NCBI RefSeq assembly: GCF_040267455.1
Contig: NZ_CP158308.1
Source of the DNA: Escherichia coli
GTDB taxonomy: Bacteria; Pseudomonadota; Gammaproteobacteria; Enterobacterales; Enterobacteriaceae
Strand: one strand, 5' to 3'
DNA: 24,000 nucleotides
Shown piece by piece: positions 1 to 11,926 of the stretch. How positions within the stretch are numbered: position 1 is the stretch's first letter; each line of letters begins with the position of its first letter. Both the position numbers and the translations under genes were made by a program. The notes beneath the pieces were generated by a model that searched no databases, was not told the DNA's origin, and saw only the letters and a program-made list of their open reading frames with translations.

Positions 1-19
1 GATAAAGCATGCATGCTCT

Positions 20-638
20 GTGATAAATCATATTGATTTTAGCCGCGATCAATCTAAAGATTTTAGCTGCGATCAATCTAAAATTAAAATAGCTGAGACC
101 TTATTTTTCAATCTCGATAAAGAACCCTATAAAAATAGCCGTAAATTACAGGAATTGATTTGGGATAAGTTGGTTGCATATGTCAATGATTTTAGCTTAA
201 GCAATCAAGAAAAATCACGCTTAATACTAAGGTTATTTGATGATGTTAAGTTACTATTTAATGAAGTGCCTGTCAGCATTTTAGTAAATGATATTTTTTT
301 TGAAGGATTTTTTCATGAAGCAACCTGATTTTGCTAAGTGGTACTTCTATCAATTACTTAAGTGTTATGAGGGCGAACAGCTGTATCTTAATGAGTTAGG
401 ATATGTTTATGGTGATGAAGAAAAAACAAAAGAAATTGTAAATAAACTTCCGGGTTATGTCGTTAAGATTTTTGAAGAAAAGATGGGTAATGAATTAAAA
501 ATTAGAACAAGAATGATGAAAATCCTCCGGAATGGCAAAATCAATATATATGGATATATTAATGAAGAACAGTTAGGAAAATTAAATCCTCCGGAAGATT
601 TACGTATAGCAATAAAAAAATTGGGGTGGAATAATTGA
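20..638 (+). pseudogene. yjgL: YjgL-like hypothetical protein, C-terminal part, apparently split into two overlapping ORFs (20..328 and 288..638)
   Basis: Two overlapping + strand ORFs in different frames next to argI. Position and strand match yjgL in E. coli K-12. The overlap contains T-rich runs (ATATTTTTTTTGAAGGATTTTTT). The symbol rests on synteny only. Confidence 0.45.
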
Positions 639-709
639 ACTATCACTGCATAAAATAATGTGACGCCGGGATGTTTTTGTATTTCCCGGCATCTTTATAG
701 CGATATCAA

Positions 710-1714
710 TTATTTACTGAGCGTCGCGACCATCACCGCTTTGATGGTATGCATGCGGTTTTCCGCCTGATCAAATACAATGCTGGCGGCAGATTCGAAG
801 ACCTCATCAGTCACTTCCATTCCGCCATGTAGGCCAAACTCTTCCGCCATTTTTTTGCCAAGCGTCGTTTGGTCGTCATGAAACGCGGGCAGGCAGTGGA
901 GGAATTTGACCTCCGGGTTACCGGTCAACTGCATCATCTTGCTGTTCACTTGATAATCACGCAGCAATGCAATGCGTTCAGCCCATTTCTCTTTTGCTTC
1001 ACCCATCGACACCCATACATCGGTATAGATAAAGTCAGCACCTTCAACTCCTTTAGCTACATCTTCCGTCAGCGTAATATTCCCGCCATTTTGTTGTGCC
1101 AGGGCGCGGCATTCCGTAACCAGCGCAGCTTCCGGCCAGCATGCCTGTGGCGCGACCAGACGCAAATCCAGACCGGTAAGCGCTGCAGCTTCGAGCATCG
1201 AATTGCCCATGTTGTTACGTGCGTCACCTGCATAGACCAGCGTCATTTCGTTGAACGTTTTGCCGGGCAAATGCTCCTGCATGGTGAGGAGATCCGCCAG
1301 CAGCTGCGTGGGGTGAAACTCATTGGTCAGGCCGTTCCATACCGGCACGCCAGCGTATTCCGCCAGTGTTTCGACAATCTCCTGACCATAGCCGCGATAC
1401 TGAATACCGTCATACATGCGACCAAGCACGCGGGCAGTGTCTTTAATCGACTCTTTATGACCAATTTGGCTGCCGCTTGGGCCGAGATAAGTAACACGAG
1501 CACCCTGGTCATATGCGGCAACTTCGAAAGAGCATCGGGTACGGGTCGAGTCTTTTTCGAAGATGAGCGCGATGTTTTTACCAGTGAGTTTGGCTTCTTC
1601 TTTACCGCTTTTCTTATCGGCTTTCAGCTTCGCGGCTAACTGCAGCAGGCTGTTGAGTTCAGCTGGCGTGAAATCGAGTAATTTCAGGAAATGCTTATGA
1701 TAAAACCCGGACAT
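710..1714 (-). CDS. argI: Ornithine carbamoyltransferase (ArgI/ArgF)
   Basis: 334 aa ORF with OTCase motifs ([31 protein letters not shown]) and conserved gene order. Confidence 0.97.
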   Translation of the reverse strand: MSGFYHKHFLKLLDFTPAELNSLLQLAAKLKADKKSGKEEAKLTGKNIALIFEKDSTRTRCSFEVAAYDQGARVTYLGPSGSQIGHKESIKDTARVLGRMYDGIQYRGYGQEIVETLAEYAGVPVWNGLTNEFHPTQLLADLLTMQEHLPGKTFNEMTLVYAGDARNNMGNSMLEAAALTGLDLRLVAPQACWPEAALVTECRALAQQNGGNITLTEDVAKGVEGADFIYTDVWVSMGEAKEKWAERIALLRDYQVNSKMMQLTGNPEVKFLHCLPAFHDDQTTLGKKMAEEFGLHGGMEVTDEVFESAASIVFDQAENRMHTIKAVMVATLSK

Positions 1715-1739
1715 AGATCCCTCCTGTGGCTAACGCCTT

Positions 1740-1778
1740 AATGAATTAAAATTCAATTTATATGAATTATTATTCATT
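1740..1778. promoter_or_regulatory. Tandem ARG boxes (ArgR operator) upstream of argI
   Basis: AATGAATTAAAATTCAAT at 1740-1757 and TATGAATTATTATTCATT at 1761-1778. Both match the 18-bp ARG box consensus and are 3 bp apart. Confidence 0.9.
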
Positions 1779-1875
1779 TGCAAGTCTAAAGCATAAATCT
1801 TTATCACAAAGGTGGAGGCAATGTCAGTGGTGTGTGACAATAAGAGTATCGGCAGGACATTAAGAGGAATGAGCC

Positions 1876-2292
1876 ATGGCAAACCCGGAACAACTGGAAG
1901 AACAGCGTGAAGAAACACGTTTGATTATTGAAGAATTACTGGAAGATGGCAGCGATCCGGACGCGCTGTACACCATCGAACACCATCTTTCCGCAGACGA
2001 TCTGGAAACTCTGGAAAAAGCGGCAGTTGAAGCGTTTAAACTCGGTTACGAAGTGACCGATCCAGAAGAGCTGGAAGTTGAAGATGGTGATATCGTGATT
2101 TGCTGCGACATCCTCAGCGAGTGCGCGTTGAATGCCGATCTGATCGATGCCCAGGTTGAACAACTGATGACGCTGGCGGAGAAATTTGACGTTGAGTACG
2201 ACGGTTGGGGCACTTACTTTGAAGATCCTAACGGCGAAGATGGCGACGATGAAGATTTTGTCGATGAAGACGATGACGGGGTTCGCCACTAA
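1876..2292 (+). CDS. rraB: Ribonuclease E inhibitor RraB
   Basis: 138 aa, very acidic C-terminus, recognisable RraB sequence ([37 protein letters not shown]), conserved synteny. Confidence 0.96.
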
Positions 2293-2302
2293 TTAATTGA
2301 TT

Positions 2303-2339
2303 AAAATGCCCGATAGCACATACTAGCGGGCATTTTTTT
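2303..2339. terminator. Putative bidirectional rho-independent terminator between rraB and yjgM
   Basis: AAAATGCCCG...CGGGCATTTTTTT stem with A-tract and T-tract on the two sides, between convergent genes. Confidence 0.8.
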
Positions 2340-2841
2340 AGAGTTCGCGTAGCATCCGCACTTCACAATCGACATGGCCCGTGCAGCCAAGCGCATAGTC
2401 GATATGCTCAAAGCCCAAATGCTCATAAAGCGCAATGGCTTCCTTTAAAAAAGCGGTCGTTTCCAGATAGCAGCGTTTGAAGCCCATCTCTCGTGCCTGC
2501 TCCATCGCCATTAAGGCCAGTTTTTTCGCTAGCCCTTTACCGCGAATAGCCGGAAGAAAATACATCTTTTGCAGTTCGCAAATGTCCGACTCACTCCCGG
2601 TTAATGGCGCAATCCCACCGCCGCCGACCACTTCACCCTCGTACTCAACCACCCAATATGCATGGCCAGGCTGACTATACACTTGATACAGCTCGTCAAG
2701 ATTCGGATCGGCGACGGTGTAGCCTTTATCAGCGGTAAGACCGTATTCGGCGGATACCTGACGAATGACGCGGGCGATAGCAGGATTATCCTGCAGCGTC
2801 AGGCGACGCATTACAGGTGATTGCGGCGCAATGTTATTCAT
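2338..2841 (-). CDS. yjgM: GNAT family N-acetyltransferase YjgM
   Basis: 167 aa with GNAT motif ([36 protein letters not shown]). Synteny matches yjgM. Confidence 0.92.
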   Translation of the reverse strand: MNNIAPQSPVMRRLTLQDNPAIARVIRQVSAEYGLTADKGYTVADPNLDELYQVYSQPGHAYWVVEYEGEVVGGGGIAPLTGSESDICELQKMYFLPAIRGKGLAKKLALMAMEQAREMGFKRCYLETTAFLKEAIALYEHLGFEHIDYALGCTGHVDCEVRMLREL

Positions 2842-3033
2842 AGTTTAACCCAATAAAAATAAAGTAATTATACATTTGTTTAATACCACTCTCTTCTTAC
2901 GTGCGCAAGCATCTTATAAAGCAATAAAGTTTTTGCCAGCCTATTACTGATAAGAGTATTGTAACGTGGCAGAACATTTTACTGTCTGTATATATAAATT
3001 ATATCAATGGATTTTTTAATTCAGGGAATTTTT

Positions 3034-4230
3034 ATGGCTCAAGTTATTAATGATATGGATGTTCCGTCCCATTCGTTTGTTTTTCATGGTACAGGTGAGA
3101 GATATTTTCTTATTTGTGTGGTGAATGTGTTGTTAACGATTATAACGCTAGGTATCTATTTACCATGGGCATTAATGAAATGTAAGCGTTATCTCTATGC
3201 TAATATGGAAGTTAACGGACAACGATTTTCTTATGGGATTACCGGTGGGAATGTTTTTGTTAGTTGTCTTGTTTTTGTTTTTTTCTATTTCGCAATCTTA
3301 ATGACAGTGTCAGCAGATATGCCGCTTATTGGCTGTGTTTTGACTTTGTCACTGTTGGTTTTGCTTATATTTATGGCAGCAAAAGGACTGCGTTATCAGG
3401 CCTTGATGACCAGTCTCAACGGCGTAAGATTTAGTTTTAATTGCTCTATGAAAGGGTTCTGGTGGGTGACCTTTTTCTTGCCGATTTTAATGGCCCTTGG
3501 GATGGGGACTGTTTTCTTTATCTCGACAAAGATGCTACATGCCAATAGTTCAAGTAGCGTTATTATATCTGTGGTTCTGATGACAATAGTTGGTATTGTT
3601 TCCATTGGTATTTTTAATGGCACTTTATATAGTCTGGTAATGAGTTTTCTCTGGAGTAATACCAGTTTCGGTATACACCGTTTCAAGGTGAAATTAGATA
3701 CTACATATTGTATAAAATATGCCATTCTCGCATTTTTAGCTTTATTACCTTTTCTCGCTGTTGCTGGTTATATTATCTTCGATCAAATATTAAATGAGTA
3801 TGATAGTTCTGGGTATGCAAATGATAATATTGAGAATTTACAGCAATTTATGGAAATGCAACGTAAAATGATAATCGCGCAGTTAATCTATTATTTTGGG
3901 ATTGCTGTTAGCACCAGTTATTTAACGGTGTCGTTGCGAAATCATTTTATGAGCAACCTGTCACTGAATGATGGGCGTATTCGTTTTCGCTCAACTTTAA
4001 CGTACCACGGTATGCTTTATCGCATGTGTGCGTTGGTGGTGATATCCGGGATTACGGGTGGTCTGGCTTACCCACTGCTGAAAATATGGATGATTGACTG
4101 GCAGGCAAAAAATACGTATTTGCTGGGCGATTTGGATGACCTTCCTTTAATCAATAAAGAAGAACAACCAGATAAAGGCTTCTTAGCCAGTATTTCACGG
4201 GGAGTTATGCCTTCTTTACCATTTCTGTAA
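3034..4230 (+). CDS. yjgN: DUF898 family inner membrane protein YjgN
   Basis: Multi-spanning hydrophobic protein. Likely start MAQVINDMDVPSHSF at 3034; the open frame has an in-frame ATG at 3007. Conserved synteny. Confidence 0.92.
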   Translation: MAQVINDMDVPSHSFVFHGTGERYFLICVVNVLLTIITLGIYLPWALMKCKRYLYANMEVNGQRFSYGITGGNVFVSCLVFVFFYFAILMTVSADMPLIGCVLTLSLLVLLIFMAAKGLRYQALMTSLNGVRFSFNCSMKGFWWVTFFLPILMALGMGTVFFISTKMLHANSSSSVIISVVLMTIVGIVSIGIFNGTLYSLVMSFLWSNTSFGIHRFKVKLDTTYCIKYAILAFLALLPFLAVAGYIIFDQILNEYDSSGYANDNIENLQQFMEMQRKMIIAQLIYYFGIAVSTSYLTVSLRNHFMSNLSLNDGRIRFRSTLTYHGMLYRMCALVVISGITGGLAYPLLKIWMIDWQAKNTYLLGDLDDLPLINKEEQPDKGFLASISRGVMPSLPFL

Positions 4231-4283
4231 GAGATAAAAAAGGCCGGCGCATGCTCCGGCCTTCGTTTTCATCACGGTGTTGA

Positions 4284-7139
4284 TTACAGCGCGGCGATAA
4301 CAGCCTGCTGTTCAATCAGCTTCGCTTTCGCTTCTGCATAGCCTTCCAGCTTCTCACGCTCTTTCGCGATGACCGCTTCCGGTGCGCGGGCGACAAAGCC
4401 TTCGTTCGCCAGTTTGTTCTCGATACGGCTGATTTCACCTTCAATCTTCGCCACTTCTTTCGCCAGACGCGCCAGCTCATCTTCTTTGTTGATGAGGCCA
4501 GCCATCGGGATCAGCAGCTCTGCGCCGTCGATGATCTTGGTAACGGAAACCGGACCTTTGTCATCGGCAGGCAGCACGGTGATACTTTCCAGACGCGCCA
4601 GCGTTTGCAGGAAGCCACGGTTTTCATTTACGCGACGTTCTGCATCCGCGCTGCAACCACGCAGCAGCAGCTCCAGCGGTTTACCCGGTGCGATGTTCAT
4701 TTCTGCACGGATGTTACGTACCGCAACGATCGCCTGCTTCAGCCACTCGGTGTCGGCCAGTGCGGCTTCATCGACCTGAGACGCATCGTACTGCGGGAAC
4801 GGTTGCAGCATGATGGTGTCGGCAGTGATACCGCAAAGTACTTTCACACGCTGCCAGATGGTTTCGGTGATGAACGGAATGATCGGATGCGCGAGGCGCA
4901 GCAGACCTTCCAGTACAGTCACCAGCGTATGGCGAGTACCGCGCAGTTCGGCTTCGGTGCCACCGTTCATTACCGGCTTGGTCAGCTCCAGATACCAGTC
5001 ACAGAACTGGTTCCAGGTGAATTCATACAGAATGCCTGCGGCAATATCGAAACGGAAGCTGTCCAGCGCTTCGCGGTACGCTTTGATGGTCTGGTTGAAC
5101 TCCGCCAGAATCCAGCGGTCCGCCAGCGACAGCGTCATTTCACCGCCGTTGAAGCCGCAATCCTGACCTTCTGTGTTCATCAGCACAAAGCGGCTGGCGT
5201 TCCACAGCTTGTTACAGAAGTTACGGTAGCCTTCCAGACGCTTCATATCCCAGTTGATGTCACGACCGGTAGAAGCCAGCGCCGCCAGGGTGAAGCGCAG
5301 GGCATCGGTGCCGTGCGGCTCAATGCCGTTCGGGAACTGTTTCTCGGTGCGCTTACGGATTTTGTCCGCCAGCTGCGGCTGCATCATATTGCCGGTACGT
5401 TTTTCCAGCAGTTCTGGCAGCGAAATACCGTCAACCATATCCAGCGGGTCGATAACGTTACCCTTGGATTTGGACATCTTCTGGCCTTCGTCGTCACGAA
5501 TCAGACCGGTCATGTAAACAGTGTGGAACGGCACCTGCGGTTTGCCATTTTCATCTTTGATGAAGTGCATGGTCATCATGATCATGCGGGCAATCCAGAA
5601 GAAGATGATGTCGAAACCAGATACCATCACGCTGGTTGGGTGGAACTGACGCAGGGCGTCGGTATTTTCCGGCCAGCCAAGGGTAGAGAAGGTCCACAGC
5701 GCAGAAGAGAACCAGGTGTCGAGAACGTCTTCGTCCTGACGCAGGACAACATCAGCACCGAGGTTATTTTCTTTACGCACTTCGTCTTCGTTGCGGCCAA
5801 CATAAACGTTACCCGCTTCGTCATACCATGCCGGGATACGGTGACCCCACCATAGCTGACGAGAGATACACCAGTCCTGAATATCGCGCATCCAGGAGAA
5901 GTACATGTTTTCGTACTGCTTCGGTACGAACTGAATGTCGCCGTTCTCAACCGCTTCAACTGCCGGTTTCGCCAGTACATCGGCACGCACGTACCACTGG
6001 TCGGTCAGCATCGGTTCGATAACCACGCCGCCACGGTCGCCGTAAGGAACGGTCAGGTCGTGCGGTTTAATTTCTTCCAGCAGGCCGAGCGCGTCAACCG
6101 CAGCAACGACGGCTTTACGTGCAGCAAAACGCTCGAGTTTCTGGAACTCTGCCGGGATTTCGCTGGAATAAACGTCAGATTCGTTACCTTTGGTATCGAA
6201 CACCTGGGCGCTTTCACGGATATCACCGTCAAAGGTCAGGATGTTGATCATCGGCAGGGCGTGACGTTTACCGACTTCATAGTCGTTAAAGTCGTGCGCT
6301 GGGGTGATCTTCACGCAGCCAGTGCCTTTTTCCATGTCGGCGTGTTCGTCGCCAACGATCGGAATACGACGGTTAACCAGCGGCAGAATGACATATTTGC
6401 CAATCAGATCTTTATAACGCGGATCTTCCGGGTTAACGGCCACGCCGGTATCGCCCAGCAGGGTTTCCGGACGGGTAGTCGCAACCACCAGATAATCTTT
6501 ACCGTCTGCGGTTTTCGCGCCGTCAGCCAGCGGATAGCGGATGTGCCACATCGAACCTTTCGATTCGCGGTTTTCCACTTCCAGGTCGGAGATAGCGGTG
6601 CGCAGTTTCGGGTCCCAGTTTACCAGGCGTTTGCCACGGTAAATCAGGTCTTCTTTATACAGACGAACGAAAACTTCTTTCACTGCATTGGACAGGCCTT
6701 CGTCCATCGTGAAGCGTTCACGCTCCCAGTCCACGGAGTTGCCGAGACGACGCATCTGACGGGTAATGGTGCCGCCGGATTCCGCTTTCCATTCCCAGAT
6801 TTTGTCGATGAAAGCTTCGCGGCCGTAATCGTGACGGGTTTTACCTTCTTCTGCGGCAATCTTGCGCTCAACGACCATCTGGGTAGCGATCCCGGCGTGG
6901 TCAGTACCGACCTGCCACAGGGTGTTTTTACCCTGCATACGCTGATAGCGGATCATGGTATCCATGATGGTTTGCTGGAAGGCGTGACCCATATGCAAAC
7001 TGCCGGTGACGTTCGGCGGCGGGATCATGATGCAGAAACTTTCCTGGCTTTCATCGCCATTAGGCTTAAAGTAGCCCTGCTTTTCCCAGTGCTCGTAAAG
7101 CGGCTGTTCGATATCTTGTGGGTTATATGTCTTTTCCAT
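4284..7139 (-). CDS. valS: Valine--tRNA ligase
   Basis: 951 aa with class I aaRS signatures ([23 protein letters not shown]) and an editing domain. Confidence 0.98.
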   Translation of the reverse strand: MEKTYNPQDIEQPLYEHWEKQGYFKPNGDESQESFCIMIPPPNVTGSLHMGHAFQQTIMDTMIRYQRMQGKNTLWQVGTDHAGIATQMVVERKIAAEEGKTRHDYGREAFIDKIWEWKAESGGTITRQMRRLGNSVDWERERFTMDEGLSNAVKEVFVRLYKEDLIYRGKRLVNWDPKLRTAISDLEVENRESKGSMWHIRYPLADGAKTADGKDYLVVATTRPETLLGDTGVAVNPEDPRYKDLIGKYVILPLVNRRIPIVGDEHADMEKGTGCVKITPAHDFNDYEVGKRHALPMINILTFDGDIRESAQVFDTKGNESDVYSSEIPAEFQKLERFAARKAVVAAVDALGLLEEIKPHDLTVPYGDRGGVVIEPMLTDQWYVRADVLAKPAVEAVENGDIQFVPKQYENMYFSWMRDIQDWCISRQLWWGHRIPAWYDEAGNVYVGRNEDEVRKENNLGADVVLRQDEDVLDTWFSSALWTFSTLGWPENTDALRQFHPTSVMVSGFDIIFFWIARMIMMTMHFIKDENGKPQVPFHTVYMTGLIRDDEGQKMSKSKGNVIDPLDMVDGISLPELLEKRTGNMMQPQLADKIRKRTEKQFPNGIEPHGTDALRFTLAALASTGRDINWDMKRLEGYRNFCNKLWNASRFVLMNTEGQDCGFNGGEMTLSLADRWILAEFNQTIKAYREALDSFRFDIAAGILYEFTWNQFCDWYLELTKPVMNGGTEAELRGTRHTLVTVLEGLLRLAHPIIPFITETIWQRVKVLCGITADTIMLQPFPQYDASQVDEAALADTEWLKQAIVAVRNIRAEMNIAPGKPLELLLRGCSADAERRVNENRGFLQTLARLESITVLPADDKGPVSVTKIIDGAELLIPMAGLINKEDELARLAKEVAKIEGEISRIENKLANEGFVARAPEAVIAKEREKLEGYAEAKAKLIEQQAVIAAL

Positions 7140-7582
7140 TATTTCCAGGTTGCCGTATTCAGGTTGAAACCAGCCACGCGGTAGGCTTTATAGCGTTCGC
7201 GCGCCAGTTGTTTCAGAGAATCTTCATAAGGAACGAAGTCTACCACTTCTGTGAAAGCGGTGGCAAAATCTGCAAAGCTTGTTCGCAGACTAATCAATAT
7301 ATCGCGCGGGCTGCTGCTGCGTTTTTGCGGCCAGGCGATCTCCACCGGCGCACCGCCGCGCGGTCCTTCTCCCGCTAAATTATGCGGGACAAAGCTTTCT
7401 GCCGGACGCGCCCACAGGGCTTCATCCAGCCGGTAAGCCTGCTTTTCATCTTCACAGGCGATGAGTACGCGCTTACCGCTGCGCCAACGTTCTGCGGCAA
7501 TTTCACACACCAGTTGCTCAACGGCGCTTAAGCCATCGACGGTGGTGTCATTGTCCAGAAGGTAGAACGTTGCGTTTTTCAT
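7139..7582 (-). CDS. holC: DNA polymerase III subunit chi (HolC)
   Basis: 147 aa from [29 protein letters not shown]. The ORF track extends to 7621 via an upstream ATG. The end overlaps the valS start as expected. Confidence 0.95.
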   Translation of the reverse strand: MKNATFYLLDNDTTVDGLSAVEQLVCEIAAERWRSGKRVLIACEDEKQAYRLDEALWARPAESFVPHNLAGEGPRGGAPVEIAWPQKRSSSPRDILISLRTSFADFATAFTEVVDFVPYEDSLKQLARERYKAYRVAGFNLNTATWK

Positions 7583-7622
7583 ATATGGGGCTTCTTGTGG
7601 TGGATTTAAATATTGCTGCATT

Positions 7623-7703
7623 CCTCACCCTGAAAGATGAGCAATGAATTTCTATTGCGCTCGATCGGTTCCCCCTCCCTTAGGGAGAGGGTTAGGGTGA
7701 GGG
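7623..7703. repeat. GC-rich palindromic intergenic repeat (box C-like) between holC and pepA
   Basis: Outer arms CCTCACCCT (7623-7631) and AGGGTGAGG (7694-7702), inner hairpin CTCCC-TTA-GGGAG. The class name comes from memory of E. coli intergenic repeats. Confidence 0.6.
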
Positions 7704-7715
7704 TAAAACGCAAAC

Positions 7716-9230
<1,515 letters not shown>

Positions 9231-9493
9231 CTACGCTCCTGAATCTTAAAGACAACGGCGGTGGCTACAGATAGAATTGCAAGCTTTCGTAACTCATGTC
9301 CGCTGTTGCGATGACTTCGTGTTAATCTTAACGTTATTACGGCATTGGCACGTCAGAACAAAATCTGAGAGGTGAATCCGTTGAGTATAATTATCTTAGC
9401 GACGATTTCGACGACTCAAGAGAATAAATGACGTTTAAGCCATGAAACAAGCTAAAATCCTGCAAAAGACGAGTTTTTACGGGCGTATTTAAA

Positions 9494-10594
9494 GTGATAA
9501 TCATAAGATATCTGGTGCGGGAGACGCTCAAAAGCCAGCTGGCGATACTCTTCATCTTGCTTTTGATCTTCTTCTGTCAAAAGTTAGTGAGGATCCTCGG
9601 CGCAGCGGTTGACGGCGATATTCCGGCGAATCTGGTGCTCTCCCTTCTCGGGTTGGGCGTGCCGGAAATGGCGCAGCTTATCCTGCCATTAAGCCTGTTC
9701 CTCGGGCTGCTGATGACGCTGGGCAAACTGTATACCGAAAGTGAAATTACGGTAATGCATGCCTGCGGCCTGAGCAAAGCGGTGCTGGTGAAAGCGGCAA
9801 TGATCCTTGCGGTATTCACGGCAATCGTCGCGGCGGTTAACGTGATGTGGGCGGGACCGTGGTCATCGCGTCATCAGGATGAAGTGTTAGCAGAAGCGAA
9901 AGCGAACCCTGGCATGGCGGCGCTTGCGCAAGGGCAATTCCAGCAAGCGACTAATGGCAGCTCGGTGCTGTTCATCGAAAGCGTTGACGGCAGCGATTTC
10001 AAAGATGTGTTCCTCGCGCAAATTCGACCAAAAGGTAATGCACGACCTTCTGTGGTGGTGGCCGATTCCGGACATTTAACCCAGCTGCGCGACGGCTCCC
10101 AGGTCGTCACTCTCAACCAGGGAACGCGCTTCGAAGGCACTGCACTGTTACGTGATTTCCGCATTACGGATTTCCAGGATTATCAGGCGATCATTGGTCA
10201 CCAGGCGGTGGCGCTCGACCCGAACGATACCGACCAGATGGACATGCGCACATTGTGGAACACTGACACCGATCGTGCTCGCGCAGAACTGAACTGGCGT
10301 ATCACGTTGGTGTTCACCGTGTTTATGATGGCACTTATGGTCGTACCGCTGAGCGTGGTTAACCCGCGTCAGGGACGCGTACTATCGATGCTGCCAGCCA
10401 TGCTGCTGTATCTGTTGTTCTTCCTGATCCAGACCTCCCTGAAATCGAACGGCGGTAAAGGTAAGCTGGACCCGACGCTGTGGATGTGGACCGTTAACCT
10501 GATTTATCTGGCTTTGGCGATTGTTCTCAACCTTTGGGACACCGTGCCGGTCCGCCGCCTGCGCGCCAGTTTTTCGCGTAAAGGAGCGGTGTGA
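9494..10594 (+). CDS. lptF: LPS export ABC transporter permease LptF
   Basis: 366 aa LptF/YjgP sequence (MIIIRYLVRETLKSQLAILFILLLIFFCQKLVRILG). Stop overlaps the lptG start (TGATG). Confidence 0.96.
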   Translation: MIIIRYLVRETLKSQLAILFILLLIFFCQKLVRILGAAVDGDIPANLVLSLLGLGVPEMAQLILPLSLFLGLLMTLGKLYTESEITVMHACGLSKAVLVKAAMILAVFTAIVAAVNVMWAGPWSSRHQDEVLAEAKANPGMAALAQGQFQQATNGSSVLFIESVDGSDFKDVFLAQIRPKGNARPSVVVADSGHLTQLRDGSQVVTLNQGTRFEGTALLRDFRITDFQDYQAIIGHQAVALDPNDTDQMDMRTLWNTDTDRARAELNWRITLVFTVFMMALMVVPLSVVNPRQGRVLSMLPAMLLYLLFFLIQTSLKSNGGKGKLDPTLWMWTVNLIYLALAIVLNLWDTVPVRRLRASFSRKGAV

Positions 10595-11676
10595 TGCAAC
10601 CTTTTGGCGTACTTGACCGCTATATCGGTAAAACTATTTTCACCACCATCATGATGACGCTGTTCATGCTGGTGTCGCTGTCGGGCATTATCAAGTTTGT
10701 CGATCAGCTGAAAAAAGCCGGGCAGGGGAGTTACGACGCGTTAGGCGCAGGAATGTATACCTTGCTGAGCGTGCCGAAAGATGTGCAAATCTTCTTCCCG
10801 ATGGCGGCTCTGCTTGGGGCGTTGCTTGGTCTTGGGATGCTGGCGCAGCGCAGCGAACTGGTAGTCATGCAGGCTTCTGGTTTTACCCGTATGCAGGTGG
10901 CGCTGTCGGTGATGAAAACCGCCATTCCGCTGGTCTTGCTGACGATGGCGATTGGTGAATGGGTCGCGCCGCAGGGCGAGCAGATGGCGCGTAACTACCG
11001 TGCGCAGGCGATGTACGGCGGCTCGTTGCTCTCCACTCAGCAAGGCTTATGGGCGAAAGATGGCAACAACTTCGTCTACATTGAGCGGGTTAAAGGTGAC
11101 GAAGAGTTAGGTGGCATCAGTATTTATGCCTTTAACGAGAATCGTCGTCTGCAATCCGTACGTTATGCCGCTACCGCGAAGTTTGACCCAGAACATAAAG
11201 TCTGGCGTCTGTCGCAGGTTGATGAATCTGATCTGACCAATCCGAAACAGATCACCGGTTCGCAGACGGTGAGCGGCACCTGGAAAACCAACCTCACGCC
11301 AGACAAACTGGGCGTGGTGGCGCTGGACCCGGATGCACTCTCCATCAGTGGTTTGCACAACTATGTGAAGTATCTGAAGTCGAGCGGTCAGGATGCCGGA
11401 CGTTATCAGCTCAACATGTGGAGCAAAATCTTCCAGCCGCTATCCGTGGCGGTGATGATGCTGATGGCGCTGTCGTTTATCTTTGGCCCACTGCGTAGCG
11501 TACCGATGGGCGTGCGTGTGGTCACCGGTATCAGCTTCGGTTTTGTCTTCTACGTACTGGACCAGATCTTCGGCCCGCTGACGTTGGTTTATGGCATCCC
11601 GCCGATCATCGGCGCACTGTTGCCAAGCGCCAGCTTCTTCTTAATCAGCCTGTGGCTGTTAATGAGAAAATCGTAA
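10594..11676 (+). CDS. lptG: LPS export ABC transporter permease LptG
   Basis: 360 aa from MQPFGVLDRYIGKTIFTTIMMTLFMLVSLSGIIKFVDQLKK. The track starts at an alternative GTG at 10591. Confidence 0.96.
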   Translation: MQPFGVLDRYIGKTIFTTIMMTLFMLVSLSGIIKFVDQLKKAGQGSYDALGAGMYTLLSVPKDVQIFFPMAALLGALLGLGMLAQRSELVVMQASGFTRMQVALSVMKTAIPLVLLTMAIGEWVAPQGEQMARNYRAQAMYGGSLLSTQQGLWAKDGNNFVYIERVKGDEELGGISIYAFNENRRLQSVRYAATAKFDPEHKVWRLSQVDESDLTNPKQITGSQTVSGTWKTNLTPDKLGVVALDPDALSISGLHNYVKYLKSSGQDAGRYQLNMWSKIFQPLSVAVMMLMALSFIFGPLRSVPMGVRVVTGISFGFVFYVLDQIFGPLTLVYGIPPIIGALLPSASFFLISLWLLMRKS

Positions 11677-11682
11677 TCTAAC

Positions 11683-11703
11683 AAGGGAGCGAAAGCTCCC
11701 TTT
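11683..11703 (+). terminator. Putative lptG rho-independent terminator
   Basis: AAGGGAGC-GAAA-GCTCCCTTT hairpin directly after lptG, followed by a T-rich tract. Confidence 0.75.
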
Positions 11704-11926
11704 ATTATTGTTGACAAAGTCAAATACGAGTTCGAACGGTCCCCTCGCCCCTTTGGGGAGGATCTATTGATATCAACTGATTTCAACAGAGCTAACCCCT
11801 CCCCCTTTAACCCCCTTTGAAATAAGATATCATCAGAAATTCCTTTTCTCTGGGGGTCAATCATATTCCATGAACATCAAGATGATTTTGGGGGCTATTC
11901 TGGGGGCTACATTTCAGGGGTAACTC

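Noticed and set aside
869-1639. 256-aa plus-strand ORF opposite argI
   Set aside because: Antisense shadow of argI.
4605-5855. 416-aa plus-strand ORF opposite valS
   Set aside because: Antisense shadow of the highly conserved valS coding sequence. Composition matches a reverse-complement frame.
6060-7184. 374-aa plus-strand ORF opposite valS
   Set aside because: Also an antisense shadow of valS, with no recognisable domain.
11728-11745. GAGTTCGAACGGTCC resembling a tRNA T-loop
   Set aside because: No flanking cloverleaf, acceptor stem or anticodon arm. Probably part of the lptG downstream sequence.
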